In this document: positions 1-8,244 of the stretch, piece by piece
Layout of the letters: every line of letters starts with the position of its first letter
Numbering within the stretch: position 1 is the stretch's first letter
Notes under the pieces: model-generated
What the model saw: only the letters and a program-made list of their open reading frames with translations
Told to the model about the DNA's origin: nothing
Database searches by the model: none
Assembly (NCBI GenBank): GCA_017631855.1
Contig: JAGBSP010000064.1
Coordinates: 7,809 to 71,808, forward strand
Reading direction: 5' to 3'
DNA: 64,000 bases
Origin: Clostridia bacterium
GTDB taxonomy: Bacteria > Bacillota > Clostridia > Oscillospirales > CAG-272
Made by a program: the position numbers and the translations under genes

Positions 1-290
1 ACCTCAAGCAACTTGGTTGCCATCTTTTCATCACCGTCGATGAAAAGCGCTACGTTCTGAGCCTTCTTCTTGTCCAGCTCAAAGCAAAAGCGACGAAGAA
101 CGTCATCAGGCTCGCCCTTGCCGGAAACAGCAAGAATGACCAAACGTTCATTTTCGCAAGAATATGCAGGGGGAATGATATCGATCGCGTTGTGGTTTTG
201 AGAAAGCTCAAATTCTGTCTTTACGATCTCAGCCATTGCTTTCATCTTCGCTTTGCCAGAGTAGTACAAAAATCTCATTTTCAATGCCAT
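1..290 (-). CDS. hypothetical protein (N-terminal 96 codons; C-terminus lies beyond window start)
   Basis: ATG at 288-290 on the minus strand lies 11 nt downstream of GGAGG (cctcc 302-306 on +). The frame stays open to position 1. My translation is MALKMRFLYYSGKAKMKAMAEIVKTEF... It is missing from the ORF track only because it is truncated. No family recognised; the start is only vaguely flavodoxin-like. Confidence 0.5.
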   Translation of the reverse strand, partial: MALKMRFLYYSGKAKMKAMAEIVKTEFELSQNHNAIDIIPPAYSCENERLVILAVSGKGEPDDVLRRFCFELDKKKAQNVALFIDGDEKMATKLLE

Positions 291-328
291 AATGTGTTAA
301 GCCTCCAAAAATAATAAATGATACACAC

Positions 329-357
329 ATTATATCAAGAAAAATAAAAATAATCAA
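329..357 (-). promoter_or_regulatory. sigma-A-type promoter for the truncated gene at 1-290
   Basis: On the minus strand: TTGATT (352-357), 17-nt spacer, TATAAT (329-334). It sits about 35 nt upstream of the ATG at 290. Confidence 0.5.
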
Positions 358-398
358 TAGTTTTTTAAAAAAATCACAAATATTTTATAAAAGCTTGC

Positions 399-427
399 TT
401 GACGGAAAGTACGGGATATGTTAAAAT
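399..427 (+). promoter_or_regulatory. sigma-A-type promoter with extended -10
   Basis: TTGACG (399-404), 17-nt spacer, TAAAAT (422-427), with a TG at 419-420 (TGnTAAAAT). It points toward ORF 565-1338. Confidence 0.55.
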
Positions 428-533
428 ATATAATATAACTGATAAATCCAGAAAAAATAAGGAGTTTGCAATTAAGGGATGCATCGTAGGTTTAAGTAGG
501 TTCTATATTAAATTCTTCGTAAAATCCATTTAA

Positions 534-565
534 CAATTATACAAAATTTGCATTTTGTATAATTG
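534..565 (+). promoter_or_regulatory. perfect 14-bp inverted repeat / leader hairpin overlapping the GTG at 565
   Basis: CAATTATACAAAAT (534-547), loop TTGC, ATTTTGTATAATTG (552-565), followed by TGTTTCT. It could be an AT-rich terminator or attenuator hairpin, or a palindromic operator. Confidence 0.5.
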
Positions 566-1338
566 TGTTTCTGACAAAAAATACGCTCCCCTGTATCGAT
601 TTTCTCCTTGGAGGTGCTTCCCCCGTGACCTTTCTCCCGTTTGATTACTTAGTAATTGCTTATCAGGCATTCGATTCAGATTCCCTGAAGGACACCTTTT
701 CGTTTTTCTCTGAGTGTGGAATTCGCAAATTTATTTTTCTTTTGGATTTCGATCGAACCCGTCATACGGTATCCTGGATCAAGGAGCGTCAAAAACTTCT
801 TGATCAATCTCTGAGAGATACGCGCTTTAATGGCTTGATCGTTCGATCCTTTCTCAACTTGCAACTCTCCGAAGGAATTCTTTACGATCCAACGGTTGAC
901 CATTTGATTCTCAATCATTCGCCGTTTCTCTTTGTGAAGATTCCTTTGTTTTGTGATGATTCTTGGATCGATGCTGATTTGAATTATCTTTTGTTTAAAA
1001 AGAAAATTTCTCCTGTCCTTACCTCTTTTGAAGGAAATATTCATACGAATTCCAAAACGCACATAACTCAAATGCTTTCTTCAAAAGCATATCGTTTATC
1101 TTTGGATCTAAATTACATCACATCAACCGATTCGGAGTTTCATATGAAGCAGATCATTTCCCGGGAAATTCCGATATTACCGTCAATGTCGCATAGTTTG
1201 TCAAATTATGTCGGAACACTGCAAGCATTTTCCAATTTCAAGGAGCGTTTGGAATATGCTGATTATACTTGTTTTTCACGCAATCTCTTGGAAGCGGAAA
1301 AATCCTTTTTTACTCGAAAATATTATTATACAAAATAA
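565..1338 (+). CDS. hypothetical protein, possibly a degenerate CpsB/YwqE-like PHP-fold protein
   Basis: 257-aa ORF from GTG 565. An in-frame GTG at 625 has a much better RBS (GGAGG 610-614, 10-nt spacer), so the true start may be 625. The layout (CIDFLLGG at the N-terminus, FLFVKIPLF...ISPVLTSFEGN in the middle) resembles CpsB/YwqE phosphatases, but the metal-binding His residues are replaced. This similarity is from memory only. Confidence 0.55.
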   Translation: MFLTKNTLPCIDFLLGGASPVTFLPFDYLVIAYQAFDSDSLKDTFSFFSECGIRKFIFLLDFDRTRHTVSWIKERQKLLDQSLRDTRFNGLIVRSFLNLQLSEGILYDPTVDHLILNHSPFLFVKIPLFCDDSWIDADLNYLLFKKKISPVLTSFEGNIHTNSKTHITQMLSSKAYRLSLDLNYITSTDSEFHMKQIISREIPILPSMSHSLSNYVGTLQAFSNFKERLEYADYTCFSRNLLEAEKSFFTRKYYYTK

Positions 1339-1362
1339 TTAAAATTATACAAATTATACAAA
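1325..1362 (+). repeat. three direct copies of ATTATACAAA at the 3' end of ORF 565-1338
   Basis: ATTATACAAA occurs at 1325-1334, 1344-1353 and 1353-1362. The same 10-mer is present at 536-545 and, inverted, at 554-563. Confidence 0.6.
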
Positions 1363-1365
1363 AAA

Positions 1366-1626
1366 TCAGATTTTATTTTTTTGGTATTTTTGTTTAGTGG
1401 CTTCGCCACCGCGAAGATGTCTTTCTTTTTTATTAAAATCAAGAACTTCTTTTGCTTGTTCGTATAACGGTTTATTTACTCGTTTTAGTGTTTGTGTAAT
1501 ATCCTTATGTACCGTACTTTTGCTAATTCCAAAACGCGCGGCAACTGCACGCACAGTGGCTTTGTTTTCCACCAAATATGCGGCAAGAAGGACACACCTT
1601 TCTTTCCCCGACGAAATATACATCAT
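1366..1626 (-). CDS. spoIIID: stage III sporulation protein D (SpoIIID) DNA-binding regulator
   Basis: MMYISSGKERCVLLAAYLVENKATVRAVAARFGISKSTVHKDITQ...ERHLRGGEATKQKY matches the SpoIIID HTH and its C-terminal RHLRGGEAT signature. The start is trimmed to the ATGATG at 1621-1626, giving 86 aa versus about 93 in B. subtilis. The track ORF extends to 1746. Confidence 0.9.
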   Translation of the reverse strand: MMYISSGKERCVLLAAYLVENKATVRAVAARFGISKSTVHKDITQTLKRVNKPLYEQAKEVLDFNKKERHLRGGEATKQKYQKNKI

Positions 1627-1728
1627 ACCATATCCCTTCTTCCCCTTTATTGATTTTCGTCTATTCCCTATCAATATATGAAAAAATTGAAGCGGCAAGA
1701 ACCAATTCTTATTTTCAAAGGAATTTTT

Positions 1729-2520
1729 ATGGAACAAATCAAACAAATCAAAGAAGAAGAAAAATTCGTTACTTCCGATCGTTTGGAAGGTATGACCTCC
1801 ATCTCAGCTTTGATCAAAGGGATTGAAGCTAATACGAATGAAAGACGGATTTTAAAAATTCTTTTTGACCGTGAAAAATGTAAATCTAAGAGAGCTGAGC
1901 TCGGTTTTTTGCGTGCAAAATCCGCGCAGTTAGGTTTTGAGATCGAATTTGTCTCTGCGGAAGAAATCCAACAAATCAGCATTGGAACTACTCACGGTGG
2001 TGTTGTTGCTGAATGTACTCCACGACAACTGCCCGAATTACAATCGGCTGTCTTAAAAGAAAACGGTGTATATTTCCTTTTGGACGGTGTAGAGGATCCG
2101 TATAATTTCGGATACGCCGTACGGTCGCTTTTTGCCGCGGGGGTAGACGGATTAATTCTTCCTCCGAGAAACTGGATGGGAGCGGCAGGTGTGGTTGCTC
2201 GTGCCTCGGCAGGCGCTTCTGAGCGAATGAATCTCTTTGTGTGCGAGCCTACGGAAGCTGTAAATTTGATGAAAGAAAAAGGATATCGAGTTGTTTGTGC
2301 CGGAATTCGCGACTCTGTATCATTGTACGAAGCCAACCTTTTCAAGCCCCTTCTTATCGTTTTAGGTGGTGAAAAACGTGGTATTTCCAGAGCACTTCTT
2401 GATGCAGCCGATCAAATTGTTCGAATCGATTACGGATCGGATTTTGGTGGTTCCTTATCTACATCTGCCGCAGCGGCAGTATTTGCGTTTGAAATTTTGA
2501 GAGTTCATCGGGGAATTTAA
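1729..2520 (+). CDS. TrmH/SpoU-family RNA 2'-O-methyltransferase (RlmB-like)
   Basis: LLDGVEDPYNFGYAVRSLFAAGVDGLILP and LIVLGGEKRGIS...SLSTSAAAAVFAFEI are the SpoU methylase motifs. ATG 1729 is preceded by AAAGGAA; the track start at 1678 would overlap the spoIIID upstream region. Confidence 0.85.
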   Translation: MEQIKQIKEEEKFVTSDRLEGMTSISALIKGIEANTNERRILKILFDREKCKSKRAELGFLRAKSAQLGFEIEFVSAEEIQQISIGTTHGGVVAECTPRQLPELQSAVLKENGVYFLLDGVEDPYNFGYAVRSLFAAGVDGLILPPRNWMGAAGVVARASAGASERMNLFVCEPTEAVNLMKEKGYRVVCAGIRDSVSLYEANLFKPLLIVLGGEKRGISRALLDAADQIVRIDYGSDFGGSLSTSAAAAVFAFEILRVHRGI

Positions 2521-2609
2521 AAAATAACCGATAACTATTTATCCTTTGTTAAAATTATTATGCTATAATTTAAAAAGTTTATTTTTACTTTTGGGGTATA
2601 CTTCAAATT

Positions 2610-3434
2610 ATGAAAAATAAAAGTTTTTCAAAAAAAATCGCCGTGATTGGCGTGGGTAATATGGCAAAGGCAATTCTCGGAGGTGTTTTGTCCTCCGAAC
2701 TTTCCATTTCTCAGGTTTTCCTGTTTGATCGTAATTCGAAACAATATGAAAGTTTGGCTTCCAATGCGCTCTTTGAAAAAGCGCAAAGCATTTCGGAAGC
2801 CGTCGGTGCGTCGGATATTGTGTTACTGTCTGTCAAACCACAAAATTATGACGAAGTATTGACTGAGATCAAAACCGCAACCGATTTTGACAAAAAGCTT
2901 TATATCTCCATCGGTGCAGGAATTTCCTCACAAAGTGTTTCGGATCGATTGAATGGTGCAAAGGTTGTTCGTGTGTTGCCGAACGTACCTATGCTGATCG
3001 GTCAAGGTGTTTCGGTGATCTGTCAAAATCCGTCCGTAGAAGAAGACGATTTTGAATTTATCTGTTCCCTTTTCCGTTCCGCGGGAAGCATTCTCCTGAT
3101 CGATGAAAAGGATATGAATCCGATTATCGGTGTTACGTCTTCTTCTCCCGCATACGTATTTCAATTTATTTCGGCGATGTATCAAGGAGCATTGGCACAA
3201 GGACTTTCCTCGGAAGGCTTACTCGATGCCATTTGCGACGTGGTGATCGGCTCGGCGATGACTCTGAAAAACTCTCCCGATTCTCCCGAAGAATGGATTT
3301 CTCGTGTAGCTTCTAAGGGCGGAACTACCGAGCGCGCGTTAGCAACACTCAATGATTACCACTTCTCCGAAGCAATTTCAGAAGCAATGAAGGCGTGTAC
3401 AGCACGGGCAGACGAGCTTGGCAAGCTTTCTTAG
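2610..3434 (+). CDS. proC: pyrroline-5-carboxylate reductase
   Basis: KIAVIGVGNMAKAI Rossmann N-terminus and C-terminal VASKGGTTERAL motif; 274 aa. Confidence 0.9.
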   Translation: MKNKSFSKKIAVIGVGNMAKAILGGVLSSELSISQVFLFDRNSKQYESLASNALFEKAQSISEAVGASDIVLLSVKPQNYDEVLTEIKTATDFDKKLYISIGAGISSQSVSDRLNGAKVVRVLPNVPMLIGQGVSVICQNPSVEEDDFEFICSLFRSAGSILLIDEKDMNPIIGVTSSSPAYVFQFISAMYQGALAQGLSSEGLLDAICDVVIGSAMTLKNSPDSPEEWISRVASKGGTTERALATLNDYHFSEAISEAMKACTARADELGKLS

Positions 3435-3500
3435 TAATTTTTTCCGAAAAATCCGCATACATTGATAGTAGAATCGATCAACAAAGCGGAAGGAAAAAAG

Positions 3501-4124
3501 ATGTCGTTTCACCTCAGAAGAATCCATCAATTTCGTTGGAAATTCAAGAAAACAATAAGAAAAAATCATCCGTATGAAATCGAACGCGCCAAGATTTTGC
3601 TTCAATATTTCATCGTTATCTGTTTTTCTGTTCTTTTGGGGGCGCTTCTTTCGCGCTACCTTTCCCCACTATTCTTACACGAGCGTGCCATAAAGCATTT
3701 TTCTTCGCCGTTTCTTCATTGTTCCGATCTTATTGATTGGGTAGAAAAGCTTTTGTGGTACTCACTTTCGGACTTGATTTGTTTGGCTTTTTCCTTTTTC
3801 TCTGTTTTTACCTTTTTTCATTATTTTGCCTCGGATCTCATTCTTTTATATCAAGGCTTGATCCTTGGCTGTCTTCTTACCACGCTTCCCCAATTGTCCT
3901 CCTTTTGTCATGACGGAGAGCTTTTTCTGTTGGCACTTTTTCGCGTGTGGATAACAAGTTGCTTGCTTCTTCACTCTTATCAAATTGCGCTCTGCTTATA
4001 TCAATCAAATCGTACCAAGTTTTTTGATAAAACCTTAGGAACGATAACGATTTTTACGATTACAGCCTCCGGAATCATCGTATTCTCAACAGCCATATAC
4101 TGTGGACTGATTTATATCATATAA
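3501..4124 (+). CDS. hypothetical polytopic membrane protein
   Basis: ATG 3501 follows GGAAGGA; the track ORF begins at 3462. Several hydrophobic segments are present. I considered SpoIIM-like but could not support it. Confidence 0.65.
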   Translation: MSFHLRRIHQFRWKFKKTIRKNHPYEIERAKILLQYFIVICFSVLLGALLSRYLSPLFLHERAIKHFSSPFLHCSDLIDWVEKLLWYSLSDLICLAFSFFSVFTFFHYFASDLILLYQGLILGCLLTTLPQLSSFCHDGELFLLALFRVWITSCLLLHSYQIALCLYQSNRTKFFDKTLGTITIFTITASGIIVFSTAIYCGLIYII

Positions 4125-4140
4125 TTAAAAAAGATAAGGA

Positions 4141-5130
4141 ATGAAAACATTGGATAACGAAAAATCATTTAAGAAAAAATTTAAGCTCTTTGACATGAAT
4201 CGAGATGGCAAGGGCGTCTATGAAGTAGAAACCAGAAAGCCTACGTTGAAATTCTTCTTTGTGCTTCTTTGGAGAAAATTCTCTCAACTTTTACAATTAA
4301 ATTTGATGATGCTTCTCAAGATCATACCGATTTTGACCGTTCTCGGACTCTATCTGCTCGGCACCAAAACGCCAACCGTGACCGAAGCGATCTACGTTCC
4401 GATCTCGGGCATTACAAAAATTATTCACGCCCCCAGCCTGACGGCGGCATTGGATCTTTCGTCGATTCAGATGGAGCTTCCCGTCCTTAGTCCTTGGATG
4501 AATGTGCTGATCATTGTACTAACACTTTTCCTTGCTTTGACCTGGGGATGGCAGTCTGTTGGTTCTACGTACGTTTTGCGCGGTCTTTTCCGTGGAGATG
4601 CGGTTTTCGTATTTTCGGATTATTTCCACGCAATCAAGAAAAATTTCAAACAAGCCTTTCTTTTGGGTCTGCTTGATTTTCTCTTTACCGCGGTTCTTAT
4701 TCTCGATTTTATCTTCTTCTATTATCGCACAGGTGTTTCTTTTGGTATGGATTTGATGTATTTTGCCGTTTTTGCGATGGGAATTATCTATCTCGTGATG
4801 CGATTCTATCTTTACCATCTTTTGATCACCTTTGAGCTTTCCAATTTCAAGATTATCAAAAACGCTCTGATTTTTTCTATTCTTGGAATTAAGCGCAATA
4901 TTATGGCGTTGATTGGATTTGTTGTATTCCTTGCATTCCATATTGTGTTAATCATTCTTCTTCTGCCCATTGGAATATCCATTCCGTTGGTATTGCCATT
5001 TGTTTACATTCTTGCACTCTTTGGATTTATTTCCACATACGCAGCCTATCCGATTATTGACCGCTATATGATTCAGCCGTACGAAACGACGGCGACAATC
5101 ACCAATCAAAACCAAGATCAGCAAGATTAG
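4141..5130 (+). CDS. membrane protein, tentatively DUF624/YesL-like
   Basis: 329 aa, multi-TM, with N-terminal FFFVLLWRKFSQLLQLNLMMLL typical of YesL-type proteins as I recall them. RBS AAGGA lies upstream of the ATG. Confidence 0.7.
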   Translation: MKTLDNEKSFKKKFKLFDMNRDGKGVYEVETRKPTLKFFFVLLWRKFSQLLQLNLMMLLKIIPILTVLGLYLLGTKTPTVTEAIYVPISGITKIIHAPSLTAALDLSSIQMELPVLSPWMNVLIIVLTLFLALTWGWQSVGSTYVLRGLFRGDAVFVFSDYFHAIKKNFKQAFLLGLLDFLFTAVLILDFIFFYYRTGVSFGMDLMYFAVFAMGIIYLVMRFYLYHLLITFELSNFKIIKNALIFSILGIKRNIMALIGFVVFLAFHIVLIILLLPIGISIPLVLPFVYILALFGFISTYAAYPIIDRYMIQPYETTATITNQNQDQQD

Positions 5131-5149
5131 CTTGAATAATTTGATCATA

Positions 5150-5177
5150 GGGGATCACGAATTTATTCGTGATCCCC
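5150..5177. terminator. 12-bp GC-rich hairpin between convergent genes
   Basis: GGGGATCACGAA (5150-5161), loop TTTA, TTCGTGATCCCC (5166-5177). The loop contains the stop codon of the minus-strand deacetylase gene. The flanking T-tracts are weak. Confidence 0.45.
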
Positions 5178-5861
5178 TTGAATTAGTTCGGACACCGTAA
5201 CAAATTCATAGCCACAGCGAAGAAGCTCTGGAATGATCAATCTTAAAGCATTACAAGTGGTGTTACCTCCCGATACGTAATCGTGCATTAGAACAATATC
5301 CCCTCCGCGAATTTGAGATTTTACGATCTTTAAAATTTCTTTGGGAGGGGTGAGTGCCCAATCCTTGGTATCAATGCTCCAAAGAACGACATTGTATCCC
5401 ATATCTTTTGCGATGGCTTTGAGATATTCGTTCATCAATCCCTCGGGCGGACGAAATACGCAAGGTCGTACCCCACAAAGTTGATATACGGTATCCTCAC
5501 ATTGCTTTATTTCCAAGCGAACTTCTTCTTCGGTAAGATTTCGGATACGACAATGGGTATCCGTATGATTGCCGAGCTCACATCCGCAATCAACGATTTT
5601 TTGAAGATCGCTTGGATAATTTACCGCATTGACTCCAATGATAAAGAAGGTAGCGGTAACGTGGTATTCTTCTAAAATTTTCAAAATTTCTTGGGTGTAT
5701 CTTGGATGAGGACCGTCGTCAAAGGTGAGAGCAATCTTCCCTGCTTGCTTTGTATTACGGCAATAAACCTTCCCGTATAGTTCTTCCGCAGAGGCTGAAA
5801 AACGAAACGGAATAAAGAATACGGAAAAGATCAAGAGAAAAGAAAAGATCCGTTTCATCAT
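5163..5861 (-). CDS. polysaccharide deacetylase (NodB homology domain), secreted
   Basis: Signal peptide MMKRIFSFLLIFSVFFIPFRFSASA, then ALTFDDGPHP and HTDTH NodB motifs. Its start overlaps the upstream gene's stop in an ATGA. Confidence 0.88.
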   Translation of the reverse strand: MMKRIFSFLLIFSVFFIPFRFSASAEELYGKVYCRNTKQAGKIALTFDDGPHPRYTQEILKILEEYHVTATFFIIGVNAVNYPSDLQKIVDCGCELGNHTDTHCRIRNLTEEEVRLEIKQCEDTVYQLCGVRPCVFRPPEGLMNEYLKAIAKDMGYNVVLWSIDTKDWALTPPKEILKIVKSQIRGGDIVLMHDYVSGGNTTCNALRLIIPELLRCGYEFVTVSELIQGDHE

Positions 5862-6658
5862 TGCTTCTCAACCGGACATAGCTCGTTTAAGCTTCCAAAG
5901 CGAAATCCTTGTAATTTTAGTGTTCCGATCAGATCCTTAAGGATCAACGCATTGGTTTTTGACGTTGGGTGCAGGAGAATGACCGCTCCATTGTGCATAT
6001 ATCGCAGCAATAGTTCCTTGGATTTTTGAGGATCTGGTTGACGATCATTATCCCAATCCGCATAAGCCAGACTCCAAAAGACAGTTTTATATCCAAGCTC
6101 GGAAGCGAATTGTAATGATCGTTTATCAAATGTTCCTTCGGGTGGACGGTAATATTTTGCCATTTCCTTTCCCGTGACCTTTTGATACATTATTTCAAGC
6201 TCCAGTAGCTCTTTTTCAAATGCATTCTTATCATCTACTGATGTCATATCCTTGTGTCGTACCGTATGATTGCAAACAAGATGTCCTTCTTTTTCCATAC
6301 GGCAAATCAACTCCGGATTTTTGGAAATCAAGTGTCCCAAAACAAAAAATGCGCCTGTGACCTCTTCTTCTTTCATCACATCTAAAATTCGTTCCACATT
6401 TCCGTTTTCATATCCCGCATCAAAGGTAAGATATACAACCTTTTCCTCACAATCATTTCCGTGCGCGTGATCGATATAATATCCGCCATAGTTTTCTATC
6501 CATCGCATATTCGAATCGGCAATTGGTTGCTTATTCTCTGAATTTCTAACACAATACCAGTGATATACGGTATCTTCTGCGGCGGATGTGACAAACTCAA
6601 AACAACTCAAACAGGAAAGCAAACAAAGAAAAGCAGAAATGAATCTTTGTTTCATCAT
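5858..6658 (-). CDS. pdaA: delta-lactam-biosynthetic de-N-acetylase (PdaA-like spore cortex deacetylase)
   Basis: VYLTFDAGYENGN, GAFFVLGH, YYRPPEG and AVILLHPTSKTN match the PdaA-type NodB signature. Signal peptide MMKQRFISAFLCLLS. The start is set at ATGATG 6653-6658; the track has 6703. Confidence 0.8.
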   Translation of the reverse strand: MMKQRFISAFLCLLSCLSCFEFVTSAAEDTVYHWYCVRNSENKQPIADSNMRWIENYGGYYIDHAHGNDCEEKVVYLTFDAGYENGNVERILDVMKEEEVTGAFFVLGHLISKNPELICRMEKEGHLVCNHTVRHKDMTSVDDKNAFEKELLELEIMYQKVTGKEMAKYYRPPEGTFDKRSLQFASELGYKTVFWSLAYADWDNDRQPDPQKSKELLLRYMHNGAVILLHPTSKTNALILKDLIGTLKLQGFRFGSLNELCPVEKQ

Positions 6659-6698
6659 ATCACCCCTTGGATAGTTTTTGCGAAAATTAAAAAGAAAA

Positions 6699-6730
6699 AA
6701 CACTCAACCGTAAAAAAACGATTGGGTGTT
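6699..6730 (-). terminator. probable rho-independent terminator after the his operon
   Basis: On the minus strand: AACACCCAATCG, loop TTTTTTTA, CGGTTGAGTGTT (one wobble pair, one mismatch), followed by TTTTCTTTTT. It lies 20 nt after the hisK stop. Confidence 0.5.
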
Positions 6731-6749
6731 TTTGTGTTGAAATGATAAA

Positions 6750-7574
6750 TTATACAATTAAATCTGCTTGGAAAATTCCGTCTTTATAATACCAAAGCTC
6801 ACGAGCGCCGCAAAAGCGGGCGTACTCAATCGCATCCTCAAAGCCATACAAAAGCTTCTCTGCCATATGGGCATCGGCATTAAAAATCATTCTTCCCTTC
6901 TTTTCTGCAATTCTTTTACAGAGGAATGGCGCGGGATACGGAACCTTTCTGCGACCTCTTGCCATAGCGCCTGTATTAAGCTCGATCAAAGGATTATCCT
7001 CAAGAACTGCATCCAGTGCTTCCAGAGCCAAGGTTTGATAGGCAGAAGAATCCTCGTCCAAATACGCACAAGATTCATTAAACTTGGTCAAAAGATCAAA
7101 GTGCCCTACAATATCACAGTTGGTTTTCTTGACAACGTTTGCTACCAGTTCAAAATAATCCTTGGCTAAGCGCAAGGCATCGCCGCCGTAATACTCCGTC
7201 AGCTCCCGACAAAAGACCTCTGGATTGATATCGGTAGCCATCGCGTATCCATGCGGACATACGTAATGCACAGAACCAATGACGTAATCGTAGGAATCTG
7301 AGAGTGCAGGAGAAAAATAGTCCTGTTCAATTCCCAAAGCAACCTCAATACAGTCGGCGTATTTCTTTTTTAGCGAAAGAACCGTTTTTCGATAGTCGCG
7401 CAAACGGTCTCCCACCATACACCAGCTGTCGCAATCCTCAAAGGGAAGCTCGGCGTGCCCAGAGAAACCAAGACTATCCATCCCAAGAGAAATTGCCGCT
7501 TGAACCATTTCTTCCGGAGTGTTTTTTCCGTCGCAAAAGGTGCTGTGCGTGTGAAGATTGGAGCGTGGAATCAT
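6750..7574 (-). CDS. hisK: histidinol-phosphatase, PHP family
   Basis: N-terminal [15 protein letters not shown] motif; 274 aa. It is the last gene of the his operon and shares an ATGA overlap with the hisIE stop. Confidence 0.88.
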   Translation of the reverse strand: MIPRSNLHTHSTFCDGKNTPEEMVQAAISLGMDSLGFSGHAELPFEDCDSWCMVGDRLRDYRKTVLSLKKKYADCIEVALGIEQDYFSPALSDSYDYVIGSVHYVCPHGYAMATDINPEVFCRELTEYYGGDALRLAKDYFELVANVVKKTNCDIVGHFDLLTKFNESCAYLDEDSSAYQTLALEALDAVLEDNPLIELNTGAMARGRRKVPYPAPFLCKRIAEKKGRMIFNADAHMAEKLLYGFEDAIEYARFCGARELWYYKDGIFQADLIV

Positions 7575-8221
7575 GACGTCATTTTTTCTTGCTTCACCTT
7601 GTGATCAATGACGTGACGAGAAGCAAGCTCGTTTTTGATATCTTCGATCGAAATTCCCATTTCGATCATCAGAACCATGACGTGATATACAAGATCGGAA
7701 ATCTCATAGATCGTTTCCGCCTTATCGTTTGCCTTTCCTGCAATGATAACCTCGGTGCACTCCTCACCGACCTTTTTGAGGATTTTGTCAATTCCCTTTT
7801 CAAAAAGATAGGTCGTATAAGATCCCTCTTTCTTTTCAAGCTTTCTGCCCTCAATCACCTTCATCAGAGCATCCAAGGAAAATGCTTCGCGCTCGTCGCT
7901 TTCATAAACGACCTCGTTAAAGCAGGAGTCCGTGCCGAGATGGCATGCGGGACCGTCCTTATAAACGGTAACTGTCAGCGCATCGCGATCGCAATCGGTC
8001 ACGATATTGACGATATGCTGACGATTTCCCGACGTTTCGCCCTTTCTCCAAAGGCATTTGCGAGAACGTGACCAAAAGCAGGTCGTTCCCTCGTTCATAC
8101 TGATCTCAAGGCTTTCGCGGTTCATATATGCCACCGTCAACACCTTTTTGGATACGGCATCCACCACAACGGCAGGAATCAGTCCGTTTTCATCAAATTT
8201 CAGTTCATTGATATTCAACAT
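7571..8221 (-). CDS. hisI: bifunctional phosphoribosyl-AMP cyclohydrolase / phosphoribosyl-ATP pyrophosphatase
   Basis: [19 protein letters not shown]...DCDRDAL (cyclohydrolase part) is fused to [20 protein letters not shown] (PRA-PH part); 216 aa. Confidence 0.93.
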   Translation of the reverse strand: MLNINELKFDENGLIPAVVVDAVSKKVLTVAYMNRESLEISMNEGTTCFWSRSRKCLWRKGETSGNRQHIVNIVTDCDRDALTVTVYKDGPACHLGTDSCFNEVVYESDEREAFSLDALMKVIEGRKLEKKEGSYTTYLFEKGIDKILKKVGEECTEVIIAGKANDKAETIYEISDLVYHVMVLMIEMGISIEDIKNELASRHVIDHKVKQEKMTS

Positions 8222-8244
8222 ATTTATCTCCTCTACGTCTTATC

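Noticed and set aside
534-1365. Reading the inverted ATTATACAAA-type repeats flanking ORF 565-1338 as the ends of an IS element or MITE.
   Set aside because: The enclosed ORF has no transposase or recombinase features. There are no target-site duplications that I could identify. The repeats are short and AT-rich. The observation is kept as a motif cluster only.
1627-1746. N-terminal extensions given in the ORF track. Examples are spoIIID to 1746, glgA to 28596, glgB to 32929, serC to 53996, relA to 42910, mazG to 35938, dtd to 40618 and yabP to 34325.
   Set aside because: In each case an internal ATG with a well-spaced GGAGG-type RBS gives the family-typical N-terminus. The extensions would overlap upstream genes or promoters.
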